A stretch of DNA of 64,000 nt from Candidatus Auribacterota bacterium (GCA_023144635.1 JAGLFH010000030.1:18386-82385); one strand, 5' to 3'; counted from the first letter of the stretch, positions 19,895-30,304 are shown. Numbers and translations are program-made. Notes: generated from the sequence alone by a model not told the origin.

Positions 19895-20241
19895 CACGAA
19901 GGACACGAAGAGCACGAAGGGAGATTTGATGAATTATCAAATCAAGTAATTGAAGGCGTCATCAATAAATATAGAGTTCTTGGTGCTGAATTACTCAACT
20001 CAAACTACGAACAGTGTTTAGCTTAGCGATATCTTATAAATTACAGCATCTTTTTCTATTTAGAATAAAGGAATAAAATTAGATTGTGGCTTTAGATTGA
20101 CATTTACATTTTTTCATGAGCTCAACTTCTAGCTTATATGAAATAAACAAAAATTAGAGTATGATTGAAATGAATTTTAATTTATTTATATTGAATGAAG
20201 AGGTCAAAAGATATGTTTTAAATATCTTCGTGTCCTTCGTG
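19895..20241. mobile_element. Inverted-repeat-bounded GxxExxY relic element
   Basis: CACGAAG x3 at 9-nt period (19895-19919) and CTTCGTG x2 (20226-20241); CACGAAGGACACGAAG and CTTCGTGTCCTTCGTG form a perfect 16-bp inverted repeat. Confidence 0.65.
19925..20220 (+). pseudogene. Decayed GxxExxY-family nuclease gene
   Basis: Fragments FDELSNQVIEGVINKYRVLGAELLNSNYEQCLA*, GIKLDCGFR, AQLLAYMK*, MNFN and LNEEVKRYVL follow the GxxExxY family motif order, with stops and frameshifts. Confidence 0.8.
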
Positions 20242-20339
20242 CTGAAATATAAGTTAGTTTGATGGGGGATAGGCCTAATTAAACTTTTCATGCGGAAAGT
20301 TGTAACTTACAATGGTTGGATGATTATTGGAGGATCAAT

Positions 20340-22397
20340 ATGGAAAGAAAAATAAAAATCTTAGGAAAGCTTCTAATTTCGATAGCGTTTTCCTTACTTA
20401 TATTAAGCTTGATATTCCGGCTTGTAAATACTGCTGATAGAGAAATAAATAAGTCACTTTTATTTCAAGTAATTAGAAGTGCTTCTTTTTTATTGATGAC
20501 AGTATATTTATTTTTTACGGTGTTGCAAGCTTTTCTAAGAGCGATGCGATACAGGTTTTTTCTTGAGTGTTGCAGTGAAGAGAACCTGCCAGGGTCTTTT
20601 GATATGTTTATTGTTACAGTTGTAAGAAATATGTTTGTAGACCTGTTACCTGTAAGGATTGGTGAGCTTAGTTATGTTGCTCTTCTAAATAAAGGGTATA
20701 AGGTAAAGGGTGCTAATGCACTTTCTTCTCTTGCTGTTAGTTTCTTTTTTGATTTTATAACGATTGCTTTTCTGTTTTTTGTGATTGTGCTATACCAGTC
20801 TTTATGGGGAAGTATGCAAATTGTAATGTGGAGGTTTTTAGCAGGAGCTGTGTTTTTTGTCTTTCTCGCGGGAATATTCCTTTTTTACCTTTTAAAAAAA
20901 TCTGCACCAGTTTTATTGTCTTTAAAAAAGAGAACAGAAGTAAGAATAATCTTAAGAATAATTGATTTTGTTCTTCTTTTTATAGATTCGGTGGAAAAAG
21001 TTAAGAGCAAAAATATTTTTGGAAAAGCATTAATCCTTTCTTTTTTTATAAGAATCTGTAAATATACAGGTTTTTATTTTGCTTTTCTTGCAGTAACTGT
21101 TTCTTCTTTTCCAAAACTTGCGCTGGCTTCTATAGCAGATGTTTTTTTAACACTGATTACTGCAGAAGGTGCAGCCGGTATACCTGTGCCGTCATTTATG
21201 GGGTTTGGCCCTTATGAGGCAGGAGGTATGGCCGTTCTTACGTTACTGGGTTTTTCAGCTTCTACTTCTGTGTTAACAATGTTTGCAATGCATATTTACT
21301 CTCAAGCGTTTGATTATTTGGCAGGATTATTTGCATTGATCATATTTTTATTTAGAGGAAATAAAAATAGACTAAATACAATTAAAAGCTCTAGTTTAAG
21401 ATATTTGAAAAGGTCATTAATAATGATCTTTTTAGCTGTAATGATGTTTCTTTTTATTCAAGAGTTTATGAGTTTTAAAAAACACGGGGCTTTTATTCCT
21501 CCTCCAAAAGGGAATGAAGCAGCCTGCAAAAAAGAACTAAGAAATGATTCCGATTTAAGTGATATTAATGGATTTATTGTCTGGTCTTCAAACAGGTACG
21601 GGAATCATGACATACTTATGCGAAAGCTTTCCAATGGGAAAATATCACGTCTTACAGAACATCCGCATACAGAATATTTTCCAAGGATATCACCTGATGG
21701 AAAAAGAATAATTTTTTGCCGCTCACAATCTCCGTGGGTATCTCAGCGCGACTTTTTTCACTGGGATGTCTATATGATGGATATTGATACAAAAAAAGAA
21801 AAATTTATAGCACGGTTCGCCAACACGCCTCATTGGTCAGAAGATGGAAGTAAAATATATTTTCAATATAAAGAAACGATGTTTGCCGGGTATGATGTTA
21901 ATACGGATAAAATAACAGTTCTGTTCCAATCAGGAAAAACACCTTTTTCTGAAGGTGTACAACTTGTAAATCCGCATTTTAGCTCTTTAACAAAAAGTCT
22001 TGCGGTAACTCTTCGCGGAAAAGAAAGAGCAGCCGCAATAGCAACTTGTAAAGGAGGTCTGATCTTTGTTAGTAATGGATGTCAGCTGACATGGTCACTG
22101 GACGGCCTGTATTTGTATTTTGTAGAAAAGAATGCTATTCATAAGTATTTTCCCAAAGAAGAGAAAAGGGAGTTATGGTTTGAACTTAGTGGTGACTATT
22201 CACACGTTTATTTCCCAAAGGTTGATAATACAGGAAATTATCTTATATTGGGAGCATGTGCAAAAGGTCATGAGCATGATACTGCAGATTATGAAATCTT
22301 CTTATGGAAAATAGGAACAGATATGAAGAAAGTTATTAGAATGACTTTTCATACAGGAAATGATAACTGGCCGGATATTTATATAAATGCAAAATAA
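20340..22397 (+). CDS. LPG-synthase TM/flippase-like (UPF0104) domain fused to a TolB-like beta-propeller
   Basis: Multi-TM N-half with LRAMRY, NMFVDLLPVRIGE and GFGPYEAG; C-half with SSNRYGNHDI and PRISPDGKRIIF PD40-like repeats; GGAGG RBS before ATG 20340. Confidence 0.72.
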   Translation: MERKIKILGKLLISIAFSLLILSLIFRLVNTADREINKSLLFQVIRSASFLLMTVYLFFTVLQAFLRAMRYRFFLECCSEENLPGSFDMFIVTVVRNMFVDLLPVRIGELSYVALLNKGYKVKGANALSSLAVSFFFDFITIAFLFFVIVLYQSLWGSMQIVMWRFLAGAVFFVFLAGIFLFYLLKKSAPVLLSLKKRTEVRIILRIIDFVLLFIDSVEKVKSKNIFGKALILSFFIRICKYTGFYFAFLAVTVSSFPKLALASIADVFLTLITAEGAAGIPVPSFMGFGPYEAGGMAVLTLLGFSASTSVLTMFAMHIYSQAFDYLAGLFALIIFLFRGNKNRLNTIKSSSLRYLKRSLIMIFLAVMMFLFIQEFMSFKKHGAFIPPPKGNEAACKKELRNDSDLSDINGFIVWSSNRYGNHDILMRKLSNGKISRLTEHPHTEYFPRISPDGKRIIFCRSQSPWVSQRDFFHWDVYMMDIDTKKEKFIARFANTPHWSEDGSKIYFQYKETMFAGYDVNTDKITVLFQSGKTPFSEGVQLVNPHFSSLTKSLAVTLRGKERAAAIATCKGGLIFVSNGCQLTWSLDGLYLYFVEKNAIHKYFPKEEKRELWFELSGDYSHVYFPKVDNTGNYLILGACAKGHEHDTADYEIFLWKIGTDMKKVIRMTFHTGNDNWPDIYINAK

Positions 22398-24189
22398 GAA
22401 GAAAATATTAGATCATCTTATTTCTGAAAAATGGCTATGGATATTGATAGTGATCCTTACTTTTTCCGGAATTTTTGACCATGACCTTTGGGAGCCGCAT
22501 GAATATCGTGAAGCAGGGGTAGCTTATGAAATGGCACATAATAAAAATTTTATTGTTCCCCATCTTGCAGGAAAACCCTTTGTTGAAAAACCTCCTCTTT
22601 TTTATTTTTTTCTTGCTTTGGGATATCTTTTAACAGGATTTAATGCTGCGCGTATTTTTCGATTTTTGTGTGCTTTGTGGTCGTTGGGTACTTTGTTTAT
22701 AGTTTTTAAATCGGGTAAAATACTTTTTAAGGATAATCTTAAAAGAGGATCTTTGACTGCAGCTCTTATTTTAGCAACATCACTTGGTTTTTTGCGGCTT
22801 TCACATTTTATTATTGTTGATATTCTTCTTGCTTTTTTTGTATCACTTGCTTATTTCTATTTTTTAAAAGTTGTAAAAGGAAATAATAAGTATTCTCTTT
22901 TTTTGTTTTTTGCATCTGTAACAGGTTCATTTCTAACAAAAGGTTTAATTGGACCTTTATTTATTTTTGGAGGTATAGGTTTATATATACTTGTCTCCAG
23001 AAAGTGGGGGTTGATAAAAAAAATATTATATATGCCAGGTATTTTATTTTTTATTTTTACTGCGCTTCTTTGGCTTATACCATTTTATCTTTGGGATAAA
23101 GGCGGTGTTTTTAAAATATGGTTTTGGGATCAGCACTTTGGTCGGTTTACGGGAACAGCTTATGGACATAAGCAGGTCTCTGGAGAGGCCGTAACGCAAT
23201 TACTCATAAGCCTTTTTCCTTGGACGATTGCGTTTTTTGTTGGAGTTATATATTATTTCAGATCAAAGACTTCACTTAAGTTAAGATCGTTGTCATTAAA
23301 AAGTCCGTGGATACTAATATTTTGCTGGGGAATTTTTGGTATGATGTTTCTATCTCTTTCCAGATCTTTTAGATCAGTATATCTTCTTCCTTTACTTCCA
23401 GCATGGGCTTTGATCATGTCCCTTATTATCTCATCAGGTAAAAAGGAAATATCTTTTATTAAATTTGGGGCAGGGCTGATTTTATTTTTTATTCTTACAA
23501 TAAATATTTCATTTCCGTTTATTAACCGTTATAAGGCAATAAACGATTCGATTCTGTCAATTAATGATCATGTGAGTATTAAAAGTGATGTTATAGGATG
23601 GCAGCTTTCAGAGAGTATAAGTGGTATTATACCTATATATACAAAGCGTTTTGTTTATAATATTAAGGAACCATCTTTCTATGATCCTGAATTTAAAAGT
23701 ATTCGCAATAAAGATTTTTACAGTTATTTAAATTCTCGTTTTGATATGTGGATAGTCGGAGAGTTTGATCTTACTTTTTTTCCTTCTAAAAAAATATATT
23801 ATTCTATCTTGTTTCCAGAAATAATAGATGAGTATTTAATTTTCAAAAAAAATGTCTATGTTATTACTACAAAAGACCACGTAATTAACCTGAAACCGAG
23901 GTTGAAAATATATATGTCTAATTTATATGATCTTTCTGAAAACCGCTATTTTCTTAAACGTTTTTATGTTGAAGATATTTTTTCTTTTAATGATATTTTT
24001 CCTGTTATAGAAGATAAAACTTCTTATAGAATTCCATTAAAGGCTTTTTATGCAAACAGTATAATGTTTCCCGAGAACTTAAATATAGTGATGAAAATAG
24101 AAAAAGAAATACCTTTTTATCCAAACAGATCAATTGAAGAACAAGAAGATTTTATCTGTATTTGCAGAAAAATATATAATGCCGGATAG
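22387..24189 (+). CDS. ArnT/PMT-family (GT-C) glycosyltransferase
   Basis: LWEPHEYREA..AYEM, PFVEKPPLFY, LTKGLIG, YLLPLLPA; many TM segments. Confidence 0.85.
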   Translation: MQNKKKILDHLISEKWLWILIVILTFSGIFDHDLWEPHEYREAGVAYEMAHNKNFIVPHLAGKPFVEKPPLFYFFLALGYLLTGFNAARIFRFLCALWSLGTLFIVFKSGKILFKDNLKRGSLTAALILATSLGFLRLSHFIIVDILLAFFVSLAYFYFLKVVKGNNKYSLFLFFASVTGSFLTKGLIGPLFIFGGIGLYILVSRKWGLIKKILYMPGILFFIFTALLWLIPFYLWDKGGVFKIWFWDQHFGRFTGTAYGHKQVSGEAVTQLLISLFPWTIAFFVGVIYYFRSKTSLKLRSLSLKSPWILIFCWGIFGMMFLSLSRSFRSVYLLPLLPAWALIMSLIISSGKKEISFIKFGAGLILFFILTINISFPFINRYKAINDSILSINDHVSIKSDVIGWQLSESISGIIPIYTKRFVYNIKEPSFYDPEFKSIRNKDFYSYLNSRFDMWIVGEFDLTFFPSKKIYYSILFPEIIDEYLIFKKNVYVITTKDHVINLKPRLKIYMSNLYDLSENRYFLKRFYVEDIFSFNDIFPVIEDKTSYRIPLKAFYANSIMFPENLNIVMKIEKEIPFYPNRSIEEQEDFICICRKIYNAG

Positions 24190-24287
24190 TCAACAGTCGA
24201 CTGATTATTGTTTATGAAAATAGAAAGATTTTAAATAACAAACATCAGTTTCAAATTAAGAAATGACAGCTTATTGTAAAACACGAT

Positions 24288-24392
24288 TTTTAGAATTTGA
24301 CTTTTTTATAGTTTAGAATTTCAGATTTGTTTCGAGTTTCGATATTTGAATTTTGGATTTATTTGTAATTTGTTAATTGATGGTTGGTGCTT
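24288..24392. repeat. Degenerate ~7-nt periodic repeat tract
   Basis: TTTAGAA/TTTCAGA/TTTCGAG/TTTCGAT/TTTGAAT/TTTGGAT/TTTGTAA units between convergent genes. Confidence 0.55.
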
Positions 24393-24401
24393 TTACCTGT
24401 C

Positions 24402-25547
24402 TTACTCTAAAAGTGCCCAGTTACCATCTTTTATTGTGACAATCGTAAAAGCATCTTCAGTAAGACCATTATGATCTTTTTTTGAGAACTGAAAGACTCC
24501 GCTTATCCCGGTAAAGTTCATCTTTTCAATTTCTTTACGGATCTTTGATCTATTGGGTCCTGCTTTTTCAATAGCTTTTATGAGGATCATAAATGCATCA
24601 TAACCGTGGCCGCCGAAAGTGTCGGGATCTTTACCATATTTTTCAGTAAAATCTTTTTTATATTTAAGCAGAATAGTCTTCTGAGGATCATTGTCATCAA
24701 GCTTTTCACAAACTAGCAATCTTCCGGCAGGAAGTATATTGCCTTCGCATGCATCACCTGCAAGTTCAATGAATTTTTTAGATGCAACCCCATGGCTTTG
24801 TATAAGTAAAGTATCTATTTGAAGTTCTTTCATGTTTTTTGCAACATATGCAGGCCCTGGGTTAGTTCCCCAGCAAATTATGGCTTTAGGATCCTGTTTT
24901 TTTATATTGCTAAGCTGTTTTTTTATATCCGTTGTATTTGGACTGAAAGTATTATTTGCAACTATGTTAAAACCATAACTGGCCGCGGCCGTTTCAAGCT
25001 GTATCTGTCCGCTTTTGCCAAACGCATTTTCAACTGTTAAAAATGCTATTTTCTGTAATCCGTTTTTTTTAAGATAGCTGTAAATTTTTTGTACTGCAAT
25101 TCTATCACTTTGAGCGGTTTTAAATACCCACTTTCTTTCTCTTACAGGTTCTACAATTTTTATACTTGCAGCACATGATATCAAAGGAATTTCTTTTTGA
25201 TTGACAAGATCTACGATGGCAAGCGATGTTCCTGAAAGAGTAGGACCTACAATAGCGACCACATTGTCTTCATTAATAAGTTTTTTTGCCAGGTATAATG
25301 TATTTGTTGCATCTCCTTTTGTATCATAAATTATTACTTCCAGTTTTTTGCCATTAATGCCGCCGTTTGCATTGATTTGCTTGGTAAGCATTTCTACAGT
25401 TTCTTTTTCTGGAATTCCAAGAAATGATGTTCTACCGCTAACCGAAAAGAGTGCCCCTATTTTGATTACATCTTCTTCAGCAAAAATAGGATTTATTATG
25501 CAGAGAGATATGTATAAACAAATAAAATATATGAAAGTTTTTTTCAC
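24402..25547 (-). CDS. Second LivK-family substrate-binding protein (close paralog of 14045-15190)
   Basis: Likely GTG start at 25547 with a G-rich RBS gives 381 aa, the same length as the paralog; long identical stretches such as ICWGTNPGPAYVA and KYGKDPDTFGGHGYDA. Confidence 0.88.
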   Translation of the reverse strand: MKKTFIYFICLYISLCIINPIFAEEDVIKIGALFSVSGRTSFLGIPEKETVEMLTKQINANGGINGKKLEVIIYDTKGDATNTLYLAKKLINEDNVVAIVGPTLSGTSLAIVDLVNQKEIPLISCAASIKIVEPVRERKWVFKTAQSDRIAVQKIYSYLKKNGLQKIAFLTVENAFGKSGQIQLETAAASYGFNIVANNTFSPNTTDIKKQLSNIKKQDPKAIICWGTNPGPAYVAKNMKELQIDTLLIQSHGVASKKFIELAGDACEGNILPAGRLLVCEKLDDNDPQKTILLKYKKDFTEKYGKDPDTFGGHGYDAFMILIKAIEKAGPNRSKIRKEIEKMNFTGISGVFQFSKKDHNGLTEDAFTIVTIKDGNWALLE

Positions 25548-25641
25548 TTTTAATTCCCCCCCCGTATTTATAACAAAATAATTGTTATAATAATATAAAT
25601 ATACCATAATTGGAAAATCAATCAAATAAAAGGTAATAAAT

Positions 25642-26433
25642 ATGATAGTTGATATACATACACATGCATATCCTGACGATATAAGCGTTAAAGCTATTGA
25701 GAATATGGAAAGGATTTTTGGGCTGGATTCCTTTTGTGGAGGAAGCATAAAAGAACTATTATCAGCAATGGATAAGACAGGAGTTGATATTTCTGTTTTA
25801 CAGGGAGTTGCTTTGAATCCTCACCAGGTAATCTCCATAAACACATGGATGGGTAGTGTACAATCGAAAAGAATAAAATGTTTTGCAGCAATGCATCCTG
25901 ATTTAGGCGGTTTTGCTGATGAAATTGAAAGGATAAAAGAATTTGGTTTTTGGGGTGTTAAGTTTCAACCTGAATTTCAGGATTTTACACCAGATGAAGA
26001 ACGGATGTTTCCTTTTTATGAAAAGATAAACGAGCTTGATCTGGGAGTTCTTTTCCATACTGGTTTTGAACTGAGTAATCCCGGTGTTGTTCATGCAAGC
26101 CCGGAAAGTATTTTAAATGTCCATAAGCTTTTTCCAGAAATGAAGATGATTGCAGGCCATTTTGGAGGGTTTATGCAATGGGAAGAGGTGGAAAAATATA
26201 TTGTAGGAACAGATGTTCTTCTAGATACTGCCTGTGTTTTTGGGAACCTTGAAGATGAACGGATATATAAAATTATACGTTCTCATGGAGCAGATAAAAT
26301 ACTTCTTGGTTCTGATCATCCTCTTTTTTCTTCTCGTGAAGCAGTAGAAGGAATAAAAAAACTTGGATTTACAAAAGATGAAGAATCTTTGATGCTTGGT
26401 AAAAATGCATTAAGGCTTTTTGGAAAGGAGTAG
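25642..26433 (+). CDS. Amidohydrolase-family metal-dependent hydrolase
   Basis: DIHTH, FHTG, AGHFGG, DTA and LLGSDHP motifs. Confidence 0.88.
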   Translation: MIVDIHTHAYPDDISVKAIENMERIFGLDSFCGGSIKELLSAMDKTGVDISVLQGVALNPHQVISINTWMGSVQSKRIKCFAAMHPDLGGFADEIERIKEFGFWGVKFQPEFQDFTPDEERMFPFYEKINELDLGVLFHTGFELSNPGVVHASPESILNVHKLFPEMKMIAGHFGGFMQWEEVEKYIVGTDVLLDTACVFGNLEDERIYKIIRSHGADKILLGSDHPLFSSREAVEGIKKLGFTKDEESLMLGKNALRLFGKE

Positions 26434-26548
26434 GGCATCGCTTGTTTTAATCCTGAGTAAAGTCGAAGGGCCCGCGCTCGAGTAAAATGTTTTATGTTTT
26501 GATTTTTTTTTGTTATTTGGGATCTGATTATATATTTAAAATTAATGT

Positions 26549-26575
26549 CGTCATCCCTGTGAAAACAGGGATCCA
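26549..26575. repeat. REP-like palindrome (CGTC type)
   Basis: CGTC-ATCCCTGT-GAAA-ACAGGGAT-CCA hairpin with a GNRA-type loop. Confidence 0.6.
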
Positions 26576-26777
26576 CGTAAAAAGAAACCATTAAAAGCAT
26601 ATGAAAAATTTTATTTTTATTAATAAATATAAGCTGATATGCAAACAAAATTATTATGTAGAATATGTAAAAGATACTGGATACTTTGTTGGAGATGAGA
26701 TAAAATATTAATTTTAGAGTATAAAAAAATGAACACAAATAATTACGGCTTAAAGAGCTGTAATAAAGGAGGATCGT

Positions 26778-27521
26778 ATGAAAGGAGTAAGAGCAGTTTT
26801 ATCTTTAGCCGTTTTTGCAATTGTTCTGTCATTTGCATTTTTGGGTTATTCAGAGGAAATCACAATTGATGCTGGTATCCAAAGTAAATATATATGGAGG
26901 GGTCTTGTTCCTACAGACGGTCCTGTTTTTCAGACATCGATCAATTATGAAAATAAAGGTTTTACAATAAATGCATGGGGAAACATGGATCTTGATGATG
27001 CAAATGCTCTTAAGAATGAGTTTAGCGAATTAGACCTTACTTTAGAGTATGCTTGGAGTTATCAAGAGTTTGACTTAAGCGCTGGAATTATTATTTACAG
27101 TTTCCCGAATTCTGCTGTTAATGATTCAGGTGAATTCTATTTTGGTATTGTAGGAAATTACAAACTTTCACCTTCTTTAACTCTTTATTATGATTATGAA
27201 GAAGGAAGCGGTCTATATGCTTCATTTGATATTAGCCACACTTGTCCTCACTTTAGAATTTCAGATAGTGCTACCGGTGAAGTAGTCTTTGATGCAGGAA
27301 TAGGCTGGGCTGATTCTAATATGACTAATTTCATGTTTGGTTTAGATGAGTCAGCTTTATCAGATCTGCATTTAGGATTAAGTGTTCCTATAGCATTATC
27401 TGAGAGCTGGACGATAGAGCCTAGCGTTATAGGTTCTTTTTTGCTCGACAGCGATGTTAAAGACCTTGCTGATAATAAAAGCAATGCATCTATAGGTATA
27501 AATGTAAGCTACGTATTTTAG
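26778..27521 (+). CDS. Outer-membrane beta-barrel or porin (TorF/TIGR02001-like), copy 1
   Basis: Signal peptide, SKYIWRG, ELDLTLEY, C-terminal SYVF. Confidence 0.72.
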   Translation: MKGVRAVLSLAVFAIVLSFAFLGYSEEITIDAGIQSKYIWRGLVPTDGPVFQTSINYENKGFTINAWGNMDLDDANALKNEFSELDLTLEYAWSYQEFDLSAGIIIYSFPNSAVNDSGEFYFGIVGNYKLSPSLTLYYDYEEGSGLYASFDISHTCPHFRISDSATGEVVFDAGIGWADSNMTNFMFGLDESALSDLHLGLSVPIALSESWTIEPSVIGSFLLDSDVKDLADNKSNASIGINVSYVF

Positions 27522-27536
27522 TAAGCTTTTTTAAAA

Positions 27537-27577
27537 TTTCTCCCGTATCCCACTTTTAAAGCGGGATACGGGAGAAA
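27537..27577. terminator. Strong stem-loop after porin copy 1
   Basis: TTTCTCCCGTATCCC...GGGATACGGGAGAAA. Confidence 0.75.
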
Positions 27578-28019
27578 GAAATATTTTATCTGTTTCAATT
27601 TTATTAAAAAATTTACGTATAAAAAAATCCCACAGTACAAATAATAAAGAACTTCACTTCACAGAATTCAAGCTTGTTTACAATAATACAAATTACGGTA
27701 TAGCTATGTCAGATTTTTCTGTAACCTTAGTTTATGAAATAAATATTTTGTGACTTGTCATGGGTTTGAGTCTAAGAAAATAATTGATCGGAAGATCTAC
27801 ATAGCTGATTATCTACGTTGGTCTTTTTAGCAGCACAGACGGCTTTTAACCGGCATCCTAATCGTAATATTTTTTGATTGATTTAAAAAAGATGTTTTAA
27901 CATTATATGTAACATGTTTTGATCAATCCGTTAATATAAAAGTTTATTTTATTCTCGAGTTATAATATAATAAAAGTTAATATTTTGATTTTAATTGTAA
28001 TAAAATAATGGGGGGTGCT

Positions 28020-28757
28020 ATGAAAAGGAATTTATTTGTTTTAAGTATTTTATTCTTATTGATGTTTTTCTTTGTTCAATCTGGTTACAGTTTTGACCAG
28101 TATCCTAATCTTGCTGAATATGCGCAGGTCAAATCAATGCTGGAAAGCGGGACTGTTCTGCTCATCAATTCATTAAGCCAGATTGAATATGATGCCGAGA
28201 CAATACCCGGGTCTATATGTCTTCCTATGGAAGAAGTGGAATCATCTTCCCTTATGCCGGAAGATAAGGGAAAAGCTCTTATTTTTTTCTGTAAAGGCCC
28301 CAAATGCCACAAAAGCCATGTTTCAGCTTTTATGGCTGAAAAAATGGGCTATAAAAATGTGTTTGTCTATTCGGGAGGTATTCCTGACTGGGCCATGAAT
28401 GGCGGGACTTTAGAACACAAAGTTTCCTATAAAGGGGTTACTACAGATTCTATATCAACAGATGGACTGAAAGCTGATCTGGATTCCGGAAAAGAAATTT
28501 TTATTCTGGATATCCAGGATGAAAAAACATTTGCCAAACACCACTTGGAAAAAGCAGTAAATATTCCTTTTTATCAACTCCATGAAAGAACCGGTGAAGT
28601 CCCTCAGGATGCAGACATCATACTCATTGATAAGGCAGCCAAACAGACTCCGCTGGCAGGAAAATATTTGAAGAAAAATGGCTATCAAAAAGTGAAATTT
28701 CTTGATGGCGGCGTTTTAGGTTGGCTTAAAGCAGGTCTTTCAGCAGTAACAAAATAA
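28020..28757 (+). CDS. Exported tandem-domain rhodanese (sulfurtransferase-like)
   Basis: Signal peptide; TIPGS, FFCKGPKCHKS, YSGGIPDW; second domain HHLEKAVNIP and LDGGVLGW lacks the active-site Cys. Confidence 0.82.
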   Translation: MKRNLFVLSILFLLMFFFVQSGYSFDQYPNLAEYAQVKSMLESGTVLLINSLSQIEYDAETIPGSICLPMEEVESSSLMPEDKGKALIFFCKGPKCHKSHVSAFMAEKMGYKNVFVYSGGIPDWAMNGGTLEHKVSYKGVTTDSISTDGLKADLDSGKEIFILDIQDEKTFAKHHLEKAVNIPFYQLHERTGEVPQDADIILIDKAAKQTPLAGKYLKKNGYQKVKFLDGGVLGWLKAGLSAVTK

Positions 28758-28785
28758 AGTTAACATTTTATAAAAGAGATTTTTT

Positions 28786-30282
28786 ATGTTGAATATAAAA
28801 AATTTAAAAATTAGGACAAAACTTTTTCTGTCTTTTTTTCTAATTGTATTGATTATTATTATTGCCAATGTTTTTGTGATTTCTTCGGCTTATAAAGTAA
28901 CAAACAGTGCGAAAACAGCCAGTCAAAAATATTCTCAGATGGTTTTTTTGATTGAGACAGAAAGAGATATTGGGAAAACAGTTGGACTGATTAATACATC
29001 TATCGGCGCAGGTACTAAGGAAGCTGTTAGTGATGCTGAAGCCTTTCACGAAATCTTCGTCCAAAAATTAAAAAACAGTACATTGGAGTTTTCTCATCTA
29101 CCTGATTTTTTGAATGAATGCCAAAAAATATCTGCTCTTTATGAGGAAATGTTTAAAAATGGCAAAGATTGGGCTCATTATAATATTGCGCAGGAGTGGG
29201 CAAAGATCAAAGCTCCAAAAGACGCATTTCATCGTCTTGCACAGAAGCTCCAGAATAAAATTTCTAAACTCAAAATTTCTTCCATGGAAGAAACTAATGA
29301 AAATCTTCAGGGTATCAGCCAGTCTTCCAGTTTCCTTATTTCATTAAATTTAATGGCTACTTTGATTAGCATTATCCTTTCCTTTGTTATAGCTTTTTTT
29401 CTTACAAAAGTTATTGCTGTTCCTGTTAAGCGGGCTGCTTTAATTATGAAAGATATTGCTGAAGGAGAGGGTGATCTTACAAAAAGAATGGCAATAGATT
29501 CAAAAGATGAAATAGGTGAATTGTCAGCTGCGTTCAATAAATTTATTGGCAATCTCATGAAAATTATTAAAAGTGTCAAGAAAACTTCAGAGCAGCTCAC
29601 TAATGCTATTTCTGAAATATCTTCAACCAGTCAGCAGATATCTGATGGTGCCCAGTAGCAAGCTGCCAGCTTTGAAGAACTCTCAGGTTCGGTTCAGAAG
29701 ACAGCCCAAAGTTCCGGCCAGTCAAATGAAATTGCGCAAAAAACTGCAAGCAAGGCCAGTGAAGCTGGAGAAGCCATGGAAACAACCATTGAGGCTATGC
29801 ATTTTATAGAAAAAAGCTCTCAAAAAATAGGAGAAGCTGTTGCTATTATTACAGATATTGCTGACCAGACTAATCTCCTTGCTCTCAATGCTGCCATAGA
29901 AGCAGCACGGGCTGGCGAGCACGGTAAAGGTTTTGCTGTTGTGGCGGATGAAGTGAGAAAATTAGCCGAAAGAAGTGCTTCTTCTGCAAAAGACATTACA
30001 GGCTTAATAAGTAACAGCTTAAGCCAGGTTGATAGCGGGGTGAATTTATCAAAAAATACCGGAGAGAATCTACAGGTAATTGTCAGTGATATCAAGAAAG
30101 TTGCAGAGCAGCTTGAGTCTATTTCCTTAAGTACGCAGGAGCAAGCAGCAACAATGGAAGAAAATACATCTATTACAGAGTCCAATGCGGCCGCTTCAGA
30201 AGAATTGGCTGCTTCTGCACAGGCTCTTTCGCTGGAGTCATCATCTCTTCAGCAAATGGTAAGACGATTTAAAACAGAGTAA
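28786..30282 (+). pseudogene. Methyl-accepting chemotaxis protein interrupted by one in-frame TAG (29656-29658)
   Basis: TM-sensor-TM-HAMP-signalling in a single frame; GCC CAG TAG CAA GCT where both paralogs read AQQQAA. Confidence 0.85.
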
Positions 30283-30304
30283 CATAGCAAACAGGAGGTT
30301 ATAA

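Noticed and set aside
25548..25748. N-terminal 67-aa extension of the second LivK ORF
   Set aside because: It overlaps the divergent amidohydrolase gene; GTG 25547 has an RBS and gives the same length as the paralog.
27780..27872. Possible receiver-domain relic on the minus strand (IRMPVKS...DLPI)
   Set aside because: Too short and too broken to distinguish from chance without a profile search.
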